Positions 44,694-53,536 of a DNA stretch of 64,000 nucleotides are shown piece by piece (the stretch's first letter is position 1; each line of letters opens with the position of its first letter). The translations under genes were made by a program, and so were the position numbers. Source of the stretch: Streptosporangiaceae bacterium (GTDB lineage Bacteria; Actinomycetota; Actinomycetes; Streptosporangiales; Streptosporangiaceae); assembly GCA_035517035.1 (NCBI GenBank), contig DATIZP010000022.1, forward strand, positions 13,605 to 77,604, written 5' to 3'. The notes under the pieces are model-generated. The model was not told where the DNA came from. It ran no database searches and saw only the letters and a program-made list of their open reading frames with translations.

Positions 44694-46856
44694 GTGATCG
44701 GCTGCCTGCTCGTGGCGAACCGCGGCGAGATCGCGCGGCGCGTCTTCCGGTCCTGCCGTCAGGCCGGCATCGCCACGGTCGCGGTCTTCTCCGACCCTGA
44801 CGCCGGGTCGCCGCACGTGGCCGAGGCCGACCTGACGGTCAGGCTGCCCGGCGCCAGGCCGGCCCAGACCTACCTGAACCGCGAGGCGGTGGTGGCGGCC
44901 GCGATCGCGGCGGGCGCCGATGCCGTGCACCCCGGCTACGGGTTCCTGGCCGAGGACCCGGACTTCGCCAGGTGCGTGCTCGCCGCCGGCCTGACCTGGG
45001 TCGGTCCGCCACCGGAGGCCATGGCCGCGATGGCGCTCAAGATCGAAGCGAGGAAACGGGCCGCAGCGGCCGGTGTGCCGATCCTGGCCGAGCTTGACCC
45101 GGAGTCGGTCACGACGTTCCCGGTCCTGGTCAAGGCATCGGCGGGCGGCGGCGGGCGGGGAATGCGCGCCGTGTTCGGCGCCGCGGGCCTGGCCGAGGCG
45201 GTGGAATCGGCCAGCCGCGAGGCGCGTGCCGCGTTCGGCGACGGCACGGTCTTCTGCGAGCCGCTGCTAACTGGCGCCCGGCATGTCGAGGTCCAGGTGC
45301 TTGCCGACTGCCACGGCACGGTCTGGGCGCTGACCGAGCGGGACTGCTCGGTGCAGCGGCGCTACGCCAAGGTGATCGAGGAGACCCCGTCGCCGACCGT
45401 GGGCCAGGGGCTACGTGACCGGCTGCTTGACGCGGCGGCCGCGCTGGCCCGCGCAGTCGGGTACGTCAACGCGGGCACGGTCGAGTTCCTGGTGGCGGGG
45501 ACCGGGCCGGGCGGCGGCGCGGCAGGGGAGGGCGAGTTCTACTTCCTCGAGTTCAACACCAGGCTGCAGGTCGAGCACCCGGTGACCGAGTGCCTGCACG
45601 GGATCGACCTGGTGGCACTGCAGATCGAGATCGCCGAGGGCGGGATGCTGCCTGAGCGGCCGCCGGCCGCCGCCGGGCACGCGATCGAGGCCCGGCTGTA
45701 TGCCGAGGAGCCGACGCACGGGTTCCGTCCGGCCGCCGGCCGGGTGCGGGCGTTCGCCGTGCCCGGCGCGGACTGCGCGTTCGGCCTGCCGCCTGGGCTG
45801 GCCAACGGCGGCGGGACGGCCAGGCCTGCTGCGGGCGGGCCAGCCGCGGGCGGGCCAGCCGCGTGCCTGCGGCTGGACGCGGGAGTCGAGGTCGGCACCG
45901 TGGTCAGCACGCACTACGACGCGATGCTCGCCAAGGTGATCGCCTGGGCGCCGGACCGGCCCGCCGCGCTGCGGCGGCTGTCGGCCGCGCTGGCCGCGAC
46001 CAGGATCGCTGGCCTGCCCACCAACCGCGGCCTGCTGATCAGCGTGCTGCGCGACCCGGAGTTCGCGGCCGGCCGCGCGGACACCTCGCTGCTCGATGGC
46101 TACGACCTGGCCGCCCTGGTCCCCGACGAGCGGACCTGCCGGATGGCCGCGGTGGCCGCGGCCGCCGCGGTCGCCGCCGCCAACCGGACTCAGGCACGGA
46201 CCGCGGCCACCATCCCGGGCGGCTGGCGGAACGTGCCGAGCCAGCCGCAGCTCACCTCGTTCGACGGCCCGTGCGGGCGACTCGACGTCCGCTACCGGTG
46301 GGACCGGGCCGGCGGCATCGAGATCGCGCCGGACCGCGGCGACGCCGACGGCGACGGGGCCAGCACGGGCGAAGGCAGCACGGGCGTGGCCAGCACGGGC
46401 GTGGCCAGCGCGGGCGAGGCCGGCAGCGGGACGGCCGGTGCGGATGACGTCCCTGTGGTCGTCGAGTTCGCGCCCGAGGCGGTGACGCTGGAGGTGACCG
46501 GCGTGCGCTACCGGTTCGACATCTGCCGGGCCGGTCCCGATCTGTGGGTGGACTCGCCGCTCGGCTCGGTCGCCCTCAGCCTGCTTGACCGGCTGCCGGC
46601 GCCGGACCGCGCGGCCGAGTCTGGCTCGCTGGTCGCGCCCATGCCCGGCAGCGTGACCAGGATCGCCGCGGCGGCAGGTGACCGGGTGCTGGCCGGCCAG
46701 CTCGTGCTCGTGCTCGAGGCCATGAAGATGGAGCACCAGATCGCCGCCCCGGCCAGCGGCGTGCTCGCCGAGCTTCGAGTGGCGCACGGCGCCCACGTCA
46801 ACGCCGGCGACGTGCTCGCGATCGTCGCAACCGACGGGAAGGTGGAGTCATCATGA
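44694..46856 (+). CDS. biotin carboxylase / biotin carboxyl carrier (alpha) subunit of acyl-CoA carboxylase
   Basis: Part of ORF 44292..46856. GTG 44694 (or 44682) gives IGCLLVANRGEIARRV. ATP-grasp KASAGGGGRGMR and C-terminal biotinylation motif LEAMKMEH. Confidence 0.9.
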   Translation: MIGCLLVANRGEIARRVFRSCRQAGIATVAVFSDPDAGSPHVAEADLTVRLPGARPAQTYLNREAVVAAAIAAGADAVHPGYGFLAEDPDFARCVLAAGLTWVGPPPEAMAAMALKIEARKRAAAAGVPILAELDPESVTTFPVLVKASAGGGGRGMRAVFGAAGLAEAVESASREARAAFGDGTVFCEPLLTGARHVEVQVLADCHGTVWALTERDCSVQRRYAKVIEETPSPTVGQGLRDRLLDAAAALARAVGYVNAGTVEFLVAGTGPGGGAAGEGEFYFLEFNTRLQVEHPVTECLHGIDLVALQIEIAEGGMLPERPPAAAGHAIEARLYAEEPTHGFRPAAGRVRAFAVPGADCAFGLPPGLANGGGTARPAAGGPAAGGPAACLRLDAGVEVGTVVSTHYDAMLAKVIAWAPDRPAALRRLSAALAATRIAGLPTNRGLLISVLRDPEFAAGRADTSLLDGYDLAALVPDERTCRMAAVAAAAAVAAANRTQARTAATIPGGWRNVPSQPQLTSFDGPCGRLDVRYRWDRAGGIEIAPDRGDADGDGASTGEGSTGVASTGVASAGEAGSGTAGADDVPVVVEFAPEAVTLEVTGVRYRFDICRAGPDLWVDSPLGSVALSLLDRLPAPDRAAESGSLVAPMPGSVTRIAAAAGDRVLAGQLVLVLEAMKMEHQIAAPASGVLAELRVAHGAHVNAGDVLAIVATDGKVESS
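46361..46420 (+). repeat. 15-bp in-frame tandem repeat x4 in the carboxylase alpha subunit linker
   Basis: CAGCACGGGCGAAGG CAGCACGGGCGTGGC CAGCACGGGCGTGGC CAGCGCGGGCGAGGC. Confidence 0.9.
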
Positions 46857-47638
46857 GTGAGCCCGGCGGACAGGTTCTGGTGCGCGCCGAGAGCGCGGGC
46901 GGGGTGCGAACGATCACGCTCAACTCGCCGCACAACGCCAACGCGCTGTCGAGCGGGCTGCTGTCCGAGCTGCAGACGGCGCTGGACGAGGCGATGGCCG
47001 ACACCGGCGTCCGGGTGGTGGTGCTGACCGGCACCGGCAAGGTGTTCTGCGCCGGAGCCGACCTGACGGAGGCGCGGACCAGGCCGGCCGGCGCCACCGG
47101 CCTGATGGCCCGGGTCGTGGAGCTGCTCTGGGACGCCACCAAGCCGACGATCTGCCGGGTGAACGGCGCGGCGCGGGCCGGCGGCATCGGCCTGGTCGCC
47201 GTGTGCGACATCGCGATCGCAACCCAGCGTGCCACATTCGCGTTCTCCGAGGTCAGGATCGGCGTGGTTCCTGCCGTGATCTCGGTGCCCTGCCTGCGCC
47301 GGATGCCGTCACGGGCGGCCGCCGAGTACTTCCTGACCGGGGAGGTCTTCGAGGCGACCCGAGCGGCCGAGATCGGCCTGCTGACCAGGGCCGTCCCCGA
47401 GGAGGACCTGGACGCCGAGACCGCCAGGTACGCCGGGATGCTGCTGCGCGGCGGCCCGGGTGCGCTCGCGGGCACGAAGGACGTGCTCAGGGATGTCCCC
47501 GGCGAGACGGTGGGGGCCGGGCTTGCCCAGATGGCCGCGCTCTCCGGCGCCTTCTTCGGCTCCGCGGAGGCCGGGGAGGGGATGGCGGCGTTCGCCGAGA
47601 AGCGCGATCCAGCCTGGGTGCCGGCGGCCGGCGGCTGA
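46853..47638 (+). CDS. enoyl-CoA hydratase (methylglutaconyl/isohexenylglutaconyl-CoA hydratase-like)
   Basis: ITLNSPHNANAL, VLTGTGKVFCAGADL. ATGA overlap with the upstream gene. Confidence 0.85.
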   Translation: MSEPGGQVLVRAESAGGVRTITLNSPHNANALSSGLLSELQTALDEAMADTGVRVVVLTGTGKVFCAGADLTEARTRPAGATGLMARVVELLWDATKPTICRVNGAARAGGIGLVAVCDIAIATQRATFAFSEVRIGVVPAVISVPCLRRMPSRAAAEYFLTGEVFEATRAAEIGLLTRAVPEEDLDAETARYAGMLLRGGPGALAGTKDVLRDVPGETVGAGLAQMAALSGAFFGSAEAGEGMAAFAEKRDPAWVPAAGG

Positions 47639-47639
47639 G

Positions 47640-49478
47640 ATGCCGGGCGAGCCTCCCGCGGTGCTGCGGATCGCTAACTGCAGCGGGTTCTACGGCGACC
47701 GGCTGTCCGCGGCGCGCGAGATGGTCGACGGCGGCCCGATCGACGTGCTAACCGGCGACTGGCTGGCCGAGCTGACCATGCTGCTGCTCGGCAAGGCCAT
47801 GCTGAGCGGGCGGCCAGGGTATGCCAGGACGTTCCTGACCCAGCTCGAGCAGGTGCTGCCGACCTGCCTGGAACGCGGGATCAAGATCGTAGCCAACGCG
47901 GGCGGGCTCGATCCGGCCGGGTGCGCCGCAGCGGTCACCGAACTGGCCAGGCGGGCCGGGCTCTCCCCCGTGGTCGCCCACGTCGAGGGCGATGACCTGC
48001 TCGCCAGGCTTCCCGAGCTGCAGCAGGCCGGGCACCCGCTGGCCAACTCCGACACCGGGGAACGGCTCGCGCAGGCGGGGGTGACCCCGCTGACCGCCCA
48101 CGCCTACCTGGGCGGGCTGCCGATCGCCAGGGCGCTGGACGCCGGGGCCGACGTGGTGGTCACCGGCCGGGTGACCGACGCCGCGCTGGTCACCGGGCCG
48201 GGGATCTGGCGGTTCGGCTGGGACGGCAGTGACCTGGACGCGCTGGCAGGCGCGGTGGTGGCGGGCCACGTGATCGAGTGCGGCTGCCAGGCGAGCGGGG
48301 GGAACTACTCGTTCTTCGCCGAGGTGCCTGACCTGGCCGCGGCCGGCTTCCCGCTGGCCGAGCTGGCCGCCGACGGGTCGGCGGTGATCACCAAGCATCC
48401 GGGCACCGGCGGCCAGGTGTCGGTGGGCACCGTGACCGCCCAGCTGCTCTACGAGATCGGCGGCCCGCGCTACCTCAACCCCGACGTCACGGCGCGCTTC
48501 GACACGATCGCGGTCGAGCAGGCCGGGCCAGATCGGGTCAAGGTGAGCGGCGTCCGCGGCGAGCCGCCGCCCGGCACGCTCAAGGTGTCGCTGAACTACG
48601 CCGGCGGATACCGGAACTCGATGATCCTGGCGATCGAAGGACTCGACGTGGCCGCCAAAGCCCGGCTGGCCGAGCAGACGCTCTGGTCCCGCATCGATGG
48701 CGGCAGGAGCGCCTTCGAGACCGCTGACGTGGAGCTTGTCGGGTCCGATCCGGCACTGCTGCGGATCACCGTGCTCGACCAGGACAAGGCCAAGGTGGGC
48801 CGCGCGTTCTCCGCGGCCGTGGTCGAGACGGCGCTGGCCAGCTATCCGGGGTTCTACGCGCTCACCCCGCCCGGCGACGCGTCCATGTTCGGGGTCTACT
48901 GGCCGACGCAGGTTCCCGCCGAGTTCATCTGCACCCGGGTCCTGATCGACGGCACGCCGGTCTGGTCAGGGCCGGCTCGCCTGGAACCACCCGAGCCAAC
49001 CGCCGCAGGGCCGACCGGCGCAGGGCCGACCGCCGCTGAGACAGGCTCCGCTGAGACAGGCGCCACTGAGACGGGCAGGCAACCGGCCGCGCGAGCCGGC
49101 CGGGCCCCTGAGTCCGCACCGACCAGGCGGGTACCGCTCGGCACGATCGCCGGCGCCCGCTCGGGCGACAAGGGCGGGAACGCCAACGTCGGGGTGTGGG
49201 TCCGCACGCCCGAGGAGTTCGCCTGGCTGGACGGCTACCTCACCACTGGGCGCCTCGGCGAGCTGGTCCCCGCGGTCGCCGGGCTGCCGGTGCAGCGGTA
49301 CCCGCTGCCGAACCTGCTCGCGATCAACTTCGTCGTGGTCGGGCTGCTCGGCCGTGGCGTCGCGGCGAGCACGAGGCTCGACCCGCAGGCCAAGGCGCTC
49401 GGCGAGGAAGTGCGCGCCGCGCTCGCCGACATCCCGGTCGCGCTGCTCGACCTGGCCGGGGCCGACGCCGGCGCCTAG
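47640..49478 (+). CDS. acyclic terpene utilization AtuA family protein (DUF1446)
   Basis: Part of ORF 47460..49478. ATG 47640 lies 1 nt after the hydratase stop. RIANCSGFYGDRLSAAREMVDGGPIDVLTGDWLAELTM is the AtuA N-terminal signature. The C-terminal domain has SGDKGGNANVGVW. Confidence 0.8.
   Translation: MPGEPPAVLRIANCSGFYGDRLSAAREMVDGGPIDVLTGDWLAELTMLLLGKAMLSGRPGYARTFLTQLEQVLPTCLERGIKIVANAGGLDPAGCAAAVTELARRAGLSPVVAHVEGDDLLARLPELQQAGHPLANSDTGERLAQAGVTPLTAHAYLGGLPIARALDAGADVVVTGRVTDAALVTGPGIWRFGWDGSDLDALAGAVVAGHVIECGCQASGGNYSFFAEVPDLAAAGFPLAELAADGSAVITKHPGTGGQVSVGTVTAQLLYEIGGPRYLNPDVTARFDTIAVEQAGPDRVKVSGVRGEPPPGTLKVSLNYAGGYRNSMILAIEGLDVAAKARLAEQTLWSRIDGGRSAFETADVELVGSDPALLRITVLDQDKAKVGRAFSAAVVETALASYPGFYALTPPGDASMFGVYWPTQVPAEFICTRVLIDGTPVWSGPARLEPPEPTAAGPTGAGPTAAETGSAETGATETGRQPAARAGRAPESAPTRRVPLGTIAGARSGDKGGNANVGVWVRTPEEFAWLDGYLTTGRLGELVPAVAGLPVQRYPLPNLLAINFVVVGLLGRGVAASTRLDPQAKALGEEVRAALADIPVALLDLAGADAGA
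49001..49075 (+). repeat. 15-bp in-frame tandem repeat x5 in the AtuA-like linker
   Basis: CGCCGCAGGGCCGAC CGGCGCAGGGCCGAC CGCCGCTGAGACAGG CTCCGCTGAGACAGG CGCCACTGAGACGGG. Confidence 0.9.
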
Positions 49479-49553
49479 CGCCTGCCCCGTAGATCTCCGC
49501 GGGCACCGACGGCTCTACCGCGCGCCATCACCGGCCATGGACAACCCGGAGCC

Positions 49554-49610
49554 GCGCGGCTGGCCTCCGCGCCGCGCGGCTGGCCTCCGCGCCGCGCGGC
49601 CGCGGCCGCC
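49554..49610. repeat. 20-bp tandem repeat x2.5 inside element copy B
   Basis: CCGCGCGGCTGGCCTCCGCG twice plus a partial unit. It is single-copy at the equivalent place in copy A (near 24445-24470). Confidence 0.85.
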
Positions 49611-49703
49611 CGGCCGAGCACCCCCGCCCTGATCCCGGCATACCAGCCGAAACCGCACGTGATCACCTGGGTGTCGGTGGAATGGATGCCACATCCACTG
49701 CGT

Positions 49704-49731
49704 ATTCTGGGACATCCGCCACATCCATCAA
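49704..49731 (-). promoter_or_regulatory. same promoter-like motif in element copy B (minus strand)
   Basis: ATTCTG-N16-CATCAA on the plus strand, which is TTGATG-N16-CAGAAT on the minus strand. Identical to copy A. Confidence 0.35.
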
Positions 49732-50028
49732 GATCATCTACGGGCGGTACGGGGCGCGGTGGCCGGCGGCGGCCCCGGGGACGGCCCGCGCCAGACCACA
49801 AGCCGGAGCCATCAGGACCTGGCTCCACCGACCCAGCCCCACGATCTACAGGACAGGCCCCGGCCGGCGCCTTCGCCGTAACCCACCCACGGTGGCCGGG
49901 ATGGTCCTGGAGCGCAATATCAGCTGAGTATCACTTTGGTACGATGTGACCGGCGCAGTTCGGCCGGGGCGGCGTCCTTCACGTGACCTAGACGGCGCTG
50001 GCCGGCACGCCGCATCCCGGGGGCATGA

Positions 50029-52062
50029 TTGGGCCAGACAGTTCACGACCCCCCGCGTCGGACCCTGGCCGCCCGGCTCGAGGACCGGGACAGGTGCCGA
50101 TTCACCGGCCGCAGCAGAGAACTCGCCTTCATCGACCGGTGCCTGGACTCCGACGATCCGCCGGCCAGCGTCGTGCACATCACCGGGCCGGGCGGGATCG
50201 GCAAGAGCGCGCTGCTGCGCGAGGTCGGCCGCCGCGGCCGGGCGCTCGGGTTCACCGTGCTCACCTGCGACGGCCGCGAGTTCGAGCCGGTGCCCGGAGA
50301 GCTCGAGGACGCCCTGCGTGCCGCCGCCCAGCAGGTCAGGCCGCTGGTGATCCTCGATTCCTACGAGCGGATGACCGCGCTCGAGCCGTACCTTCGGCGC
50401 GAGCTGCTGCCGTCGCTGCCTGACCGCTCGCTGGTCGTGATCGCCGGGCGCGCCGCCCCCGACCCTGGCTGGTTCACCGGCGGCTGGGAGGCCGTCACCG
50501 CTCACCTCCACCTGGGCACGCTCGGGCCTCAAGAGGCCCAGGACCTGCTCGCCGCGCACGGCCTGCGGGACGAGCGCGTCCCCGCCATCGTGGACTGGGC
50601 CGCCGGGTCGCCGCTGGCCCTGGCGCTAGCGGCCGATGCCGCCTCGGCGGACCCGGCATGGAACGCGGCCAGCCAGCCGGACCGGCCAGACATCCTTCGG
50701 TCGCTCGTGCACCGGCTGATCGACCGCGACCTGCGCGACGTGCGCCCGTCGGCACTCGGGATCGCGGCGGTGGCTAGGACCACCACGCTCGACCTGCTGC
50801 GCGCGCTGCTGCCCGGGGAGGACGCCGGCCGCGCCTACCAGCGGCTGTCCGAGCTGACCGCGAGCGAGCCGCTCGGCGACGGGATCGCGCTGCACGACCT
50901 GGTGCGCAAGGCCCTGCTCGCCGACCTGCGGCGGCGCACTCCCGAGCTCGAGCGCGACCTGCGGCGCCGGATCGTGGACTACCTGTACCAGTGCGCGAGC
51001 GATGGCCAGCCCATGCTGATCATCGAGATGGCGCACCTGGTGGAGAACCCGCTGGTGCGCTGGGGGTTCGGCTGGGAGGGCAGCACCAGCCTGCGGATCG
51101 ACAACATCCGCGACGACGACGCCGACCGGGTGGAACGCCAGCTCGGCGAGCACAACAACTGGGACTGGTGGCAGCTGACCCGCCGGTACTTCACCGAGTC
51201 GCCTGACCGGGTCGCCGTCGCCAGGGACCTGGAAGACCGGATCTGCGGCTACATGGCCTACATGAGCCAGCGGACCGCGCCGCCGCTGGCCGACACGGAC
51301 CCGCTGATCGGGCGCTGGCTGGCGCACGCGCGGCAGGACGCGGCGCTCGGCGATTCCGTGCTGTGGCAGGCCGCCGTGGACTTCACCGCCGACGGGAAGG
51401 CGCAGGCGATGCTGGGCCTGGCCGGCGTGCTGCGCTCCGGCGTGGCCAACCCGAGGTTCGCGTACCTGCCGATCGATCCCGCGCACCCCGGCGCGCTTGA
51501 CTTCGCCCGCGCGCTGGACGCGGCGCACCTCGCCGAGCTTGACGCCGTCATAGGCGGCCAGCCGGTCGAGTGCTACCGGCTGGACTTCGGCCCCGGCGGG
51601 CTGCTCGCCTCCCTGCGCAACACCGTCTACCTCGAACTCGGCCTGGCCATGCCCGAGGCCGCGACCCCCGACCCGAGCGCGCGCGCCGAGCCCGCCGGGG
51701 CGCCGGTGCCGGGCTGGGACGCCGAGACCGTGCGTGAGGCGCTGCGGAACTTCCACGTGCCCAGGGATCTGGCCCGCAGCCCGCTGGCCCAGGGCGACAC
51801 GGTCGCCGAGCGAGCCAAGTCCGCGCGCCGGCTGCTGCGCGAGGCCGCGCGGGAAGCCTTCGGCGACAGCGAGAGCGAGAAGCTGCTACAGCGGGTCCTT
51901 GTGGCCGGTTACCTGGAGGCCACGACCAGCCACGAGGCGGCCGCCGCCAGGCTCTGCCTGAGTCGCGCCGCGTACTTCAGGCGGCTGCGTACCGCGGTGG
52001 AGCGGCTGGCCGAGCACCTCGCTGCCGCGCCCGCGGCCGGTGCTCACCGACCGGCCAGCTAG
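50029..52062 (+). CDS. large STAND/AAA-type ATPase regulator with C-terminal HTH-like region
   Basis: TTG start in the ORF track. Walker A GPGGIGKSAL, Walker B LVILDSYE, an unassigned middle domain of about 250 aa, and a C-terminal LCLSRAAYFRRLRTAVERLAEHL helix-turn-helix-like segment. Confidence 0.7.
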   Translation: MGQTVHDPPRRTLAARLEDRDRCRFTGRSRELAFIDRCLDSDDPPASVVHITGPGGIGKSALLREVGRRGRALGFTVLTCDGREFEPVPGELEDALRAAAQQVRPLVILDSYERMTALEPYLRRELLPSLPDRSLVVIAGRAAPDPGWFTGGWEAVTAHLHLGTLGPQEAQDLLAAHGLRDERVPAIVDWAAGSPLALALAADAASADPAWNAASQPDRPDILRSLVHRLIDRDLRDVRPSALGIAAVARTTTLDLLRALLPGEDAGRAYQRLSELTASEPLGDGIALHDLVRKALLADLRRRTPELERDLRRRIVDYLYQCASDGQPMLIIEMAHLVENPLVRWGFGWEGSTSLRIDNIRDDDADRVERQLGEHNNWDWWQLTRRYFTESPDRVAVARDLEDRICGYMAYMSQRTAPPLADTDPLIGRWLAHARQDAALGDSVLWQAAVDFTADGKAQAMLGLAGVLRSGVANPRFAYLPIDPAHPGALDFARALDAAHLAELDAVIGGQPVECYRLDFGPGGLLASLRNTVYLELGLAMPEAATPDPSARAEPAGAPVPGWDAETVREALRNFHVPRDLARSPLAQGDTVAERAKSARRLLREAAREAFGDSESEKLLQRVLVAGYLEATTSHEAAAARLCLSRAAYFRRLRTAVERLAEHLAAAPAAGAHRPAS

Positions 52063-52517
52063 CCGAGCCTGCCTGGCCCGATCAGATTCCGGCGCGGCCT
52101 TGACCAGCCGAACACCCCGACGATCAGGCCGGCCATGGCGGCCACCGCACCGCCGAACAAGAACCACTCCCCGGCCGCCGACGCCTCGATCAGCACGCTG
52201 CCCTGGTGGGTCGACACCGAGGCGAGCGCGAAGGTAGCCACCAGCCAGCCGGCGGCCGGCGCGAGCGCGCCGAGCGGCGAGCGGGTGCCCCAGGCGCCGA
52301 GCACGCCGGTGCCGAAGATGGCGGCGTCGAAGCAGAGCGCGGCCAGGGGCGCCGGCCCGACCGCGTAGAAGAACGTGCCGACCAGGGCCTGCCCGACTCC
52401 GAAGCAGAGCAGCGCCAGGTACGTGGCGGCCGCGAGCACGGCGCTCCCCGTCCCGCGGCCCCCGCCGCGCCCGGCCGCCGGGCCTGCGGCCGCCTGCTGC
52501 TGGCTGGTCACGGTCAC
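52059..52517 (-). CDS. integral membrane protein, conserved hypothetical
   Basis: Four predicted TM helices. It sits immediately downstream of mshB, as in mycobacterial synteny. Confidence 0.65.
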   Translation of the reverse strand: MTVTSQQQAAAGPAAGRGGGRGTGSAVLAAATYLALLCFGVGQALVGTFFYAVGPAPLAALCFDAAIFGTGVLGAWGTRSPLGALAPAAGWLVATFALASVSTHQGSVLIEASAAGEWFLFGGAVAAMAGLIVGVFGWSRPRRNLIGPGRLG

Positions 52518-52520
52518 AGG

Positions 52521-53471
52521 CTAGTCAATCGGCGGGTCGATCCCGGCGAACAGATCCGCCTCGCGCCCGCCTGACCCGCCGTCGGGCCCGCGCGGGCCGG
52601 CCAGCAGCGTGTAGTACTCGATGCCGAGCGCCCGCTGGCCCACCCGGTCAGACAGCGCGAAGAACGGGCTGTCCACCGCGATCTGGCTCGCGTGCGCCCG
52701 CATCGCCGCGAGCTTGGCCTGCAGGTAGTCACGCGCGTCGATCTCGGTGCTGACCTGCTCGTCGGGCACGCCGAACGGCAGGTCGTCAACCGACTCGACG
52801 GCCAGGAACCCGGACCCCGACCGGCCAGTACCGCCCGGATCGCCCGGATCGCCCGGCCCGTCGCGGCCGGCGCCCATCACCTTGATGGCCTCGGCAAGCA
52901 CCGACCGAGGGACGGCGGTGGCGTAGAACTTGGCCACCAGGCCGTCGGCGAGCTCGAAGGCCCGCCATGCCACCCGGTGCGCCTGGACGTGGTCGGGATG
53001 CCCGTAGAACCCGTGGGCGTCGTAGGTGACCAGCACCTGCGGCCGCACCTCGACGATGATCTCGAGCAGGGCATCCGCCGCCTCGTCCACGTCGGCCTGC
53101 CAGAACGCGCCGTCCCAGTCGTTGGACGGGGTGCCCATCATGCCCGAGTCGTGCCAGCGGCCCGCGCCGCCGAGGAACCGATGGTCGGTCACCCCGAGCG
53201 CGGCGCAGGCCGCGGCCAGCTCGCCGATCCGGTGCTGGCCGAGCTTGTTCTCCCTGTCCCAGGCGAGGTGGGCGATGTCGGGCGGGATGATCTCGCCGAG
53301 CTCGCCGAGCGTGCAGGTGACCAGGGTGACCCGTGCCCCCTGCGCGGCGTACCTGGCCATCGTGGCGCCGGTCTCGATCGACTCGTCGTCCGGATGGGCG
53401 TGCACGAACATGAGCCGCCTGCCGTCGCCGTGACGACCGGCGCGGCCCTGATCCGTCCCTTGCTGGTCCAT
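52521..53471 (-). CDS. mshB: N-acetyl-1-D-myo-inositol-2-amino-2-deoxy-alpha-D-glucopyranoside deacetylase (LmbE family)
   Basis: ORF 52521..53525 trimmed to ATG 53471. [28 protein letters not shown]. Confidence 0.8.
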   Translation of the reverse strand: MDQQGTDQGRAGRHGDGRRLMFVHAHPDDESIETGATMARYAAQGARVTLVTCTLGELGEIIPPDIAHLAWDRENKLGQHRIGELAAACAALGVTDHRFLGGAGRWHDSGMMGTPSNDWDGAFWQADVDEAADALLEIIVEVRPQVLVTYDAHGFYGHPDHVQAHRVAWRAFELADGLVAKFYATAVPRSVLAEAIKVMGAGRDGPGDPGDPGGTGRSGSGFLAVESVDDLPFGVPDEQVSTEIDARDYLQAKLAAMRAHASQIAVDSPFFALSDRVGQRALGIEYYTLLAGPRGPDGGSGGREADLFAGIDPPID

Positions 53472-53536
53472 GCCGCGAGGATAACGAGCCGACGGCGCCC
53501 GGTCCCGGCCGGAGCGGGCTGGCAAGATCTGATGTC

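Larger units (their letters stand above)
49479..49858 (-). mobile_element. MITE-like non-coding repeat element, copy B (inverted relative to copy A)
   Basis: CGCCTGCCCCGTAGATCTCCGCGG ... CCCCACGATCTACAGGACAGGC termini. The reverse complement aligns to copy A along its whole length apart from the tandem-repeat blocks. Confidence 0.7.

Noticed and set aside
24550-49478. The 25-kb segment between the two inverted element copies as a composite transposon or genomic island.
   Set aside because: The content is mostly core housekeeping genes (pepA, dapD, fdxA, dapC, rocD, polyprenyl synthase). No integrase or transposase is present and there is no visible compositional shift. Inversion substrate is the more defensible reading.
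50029-52062. The STAND-like ATPase as an Avs/NLR-type antiphage sensor.
   Set aside because: There is no N-terminal effector domain (nuclease, TIR, protease) before the Walker A motif. The C-terminus looks like a DNA-binding HTH, so a transcriptional regulator is more likely.
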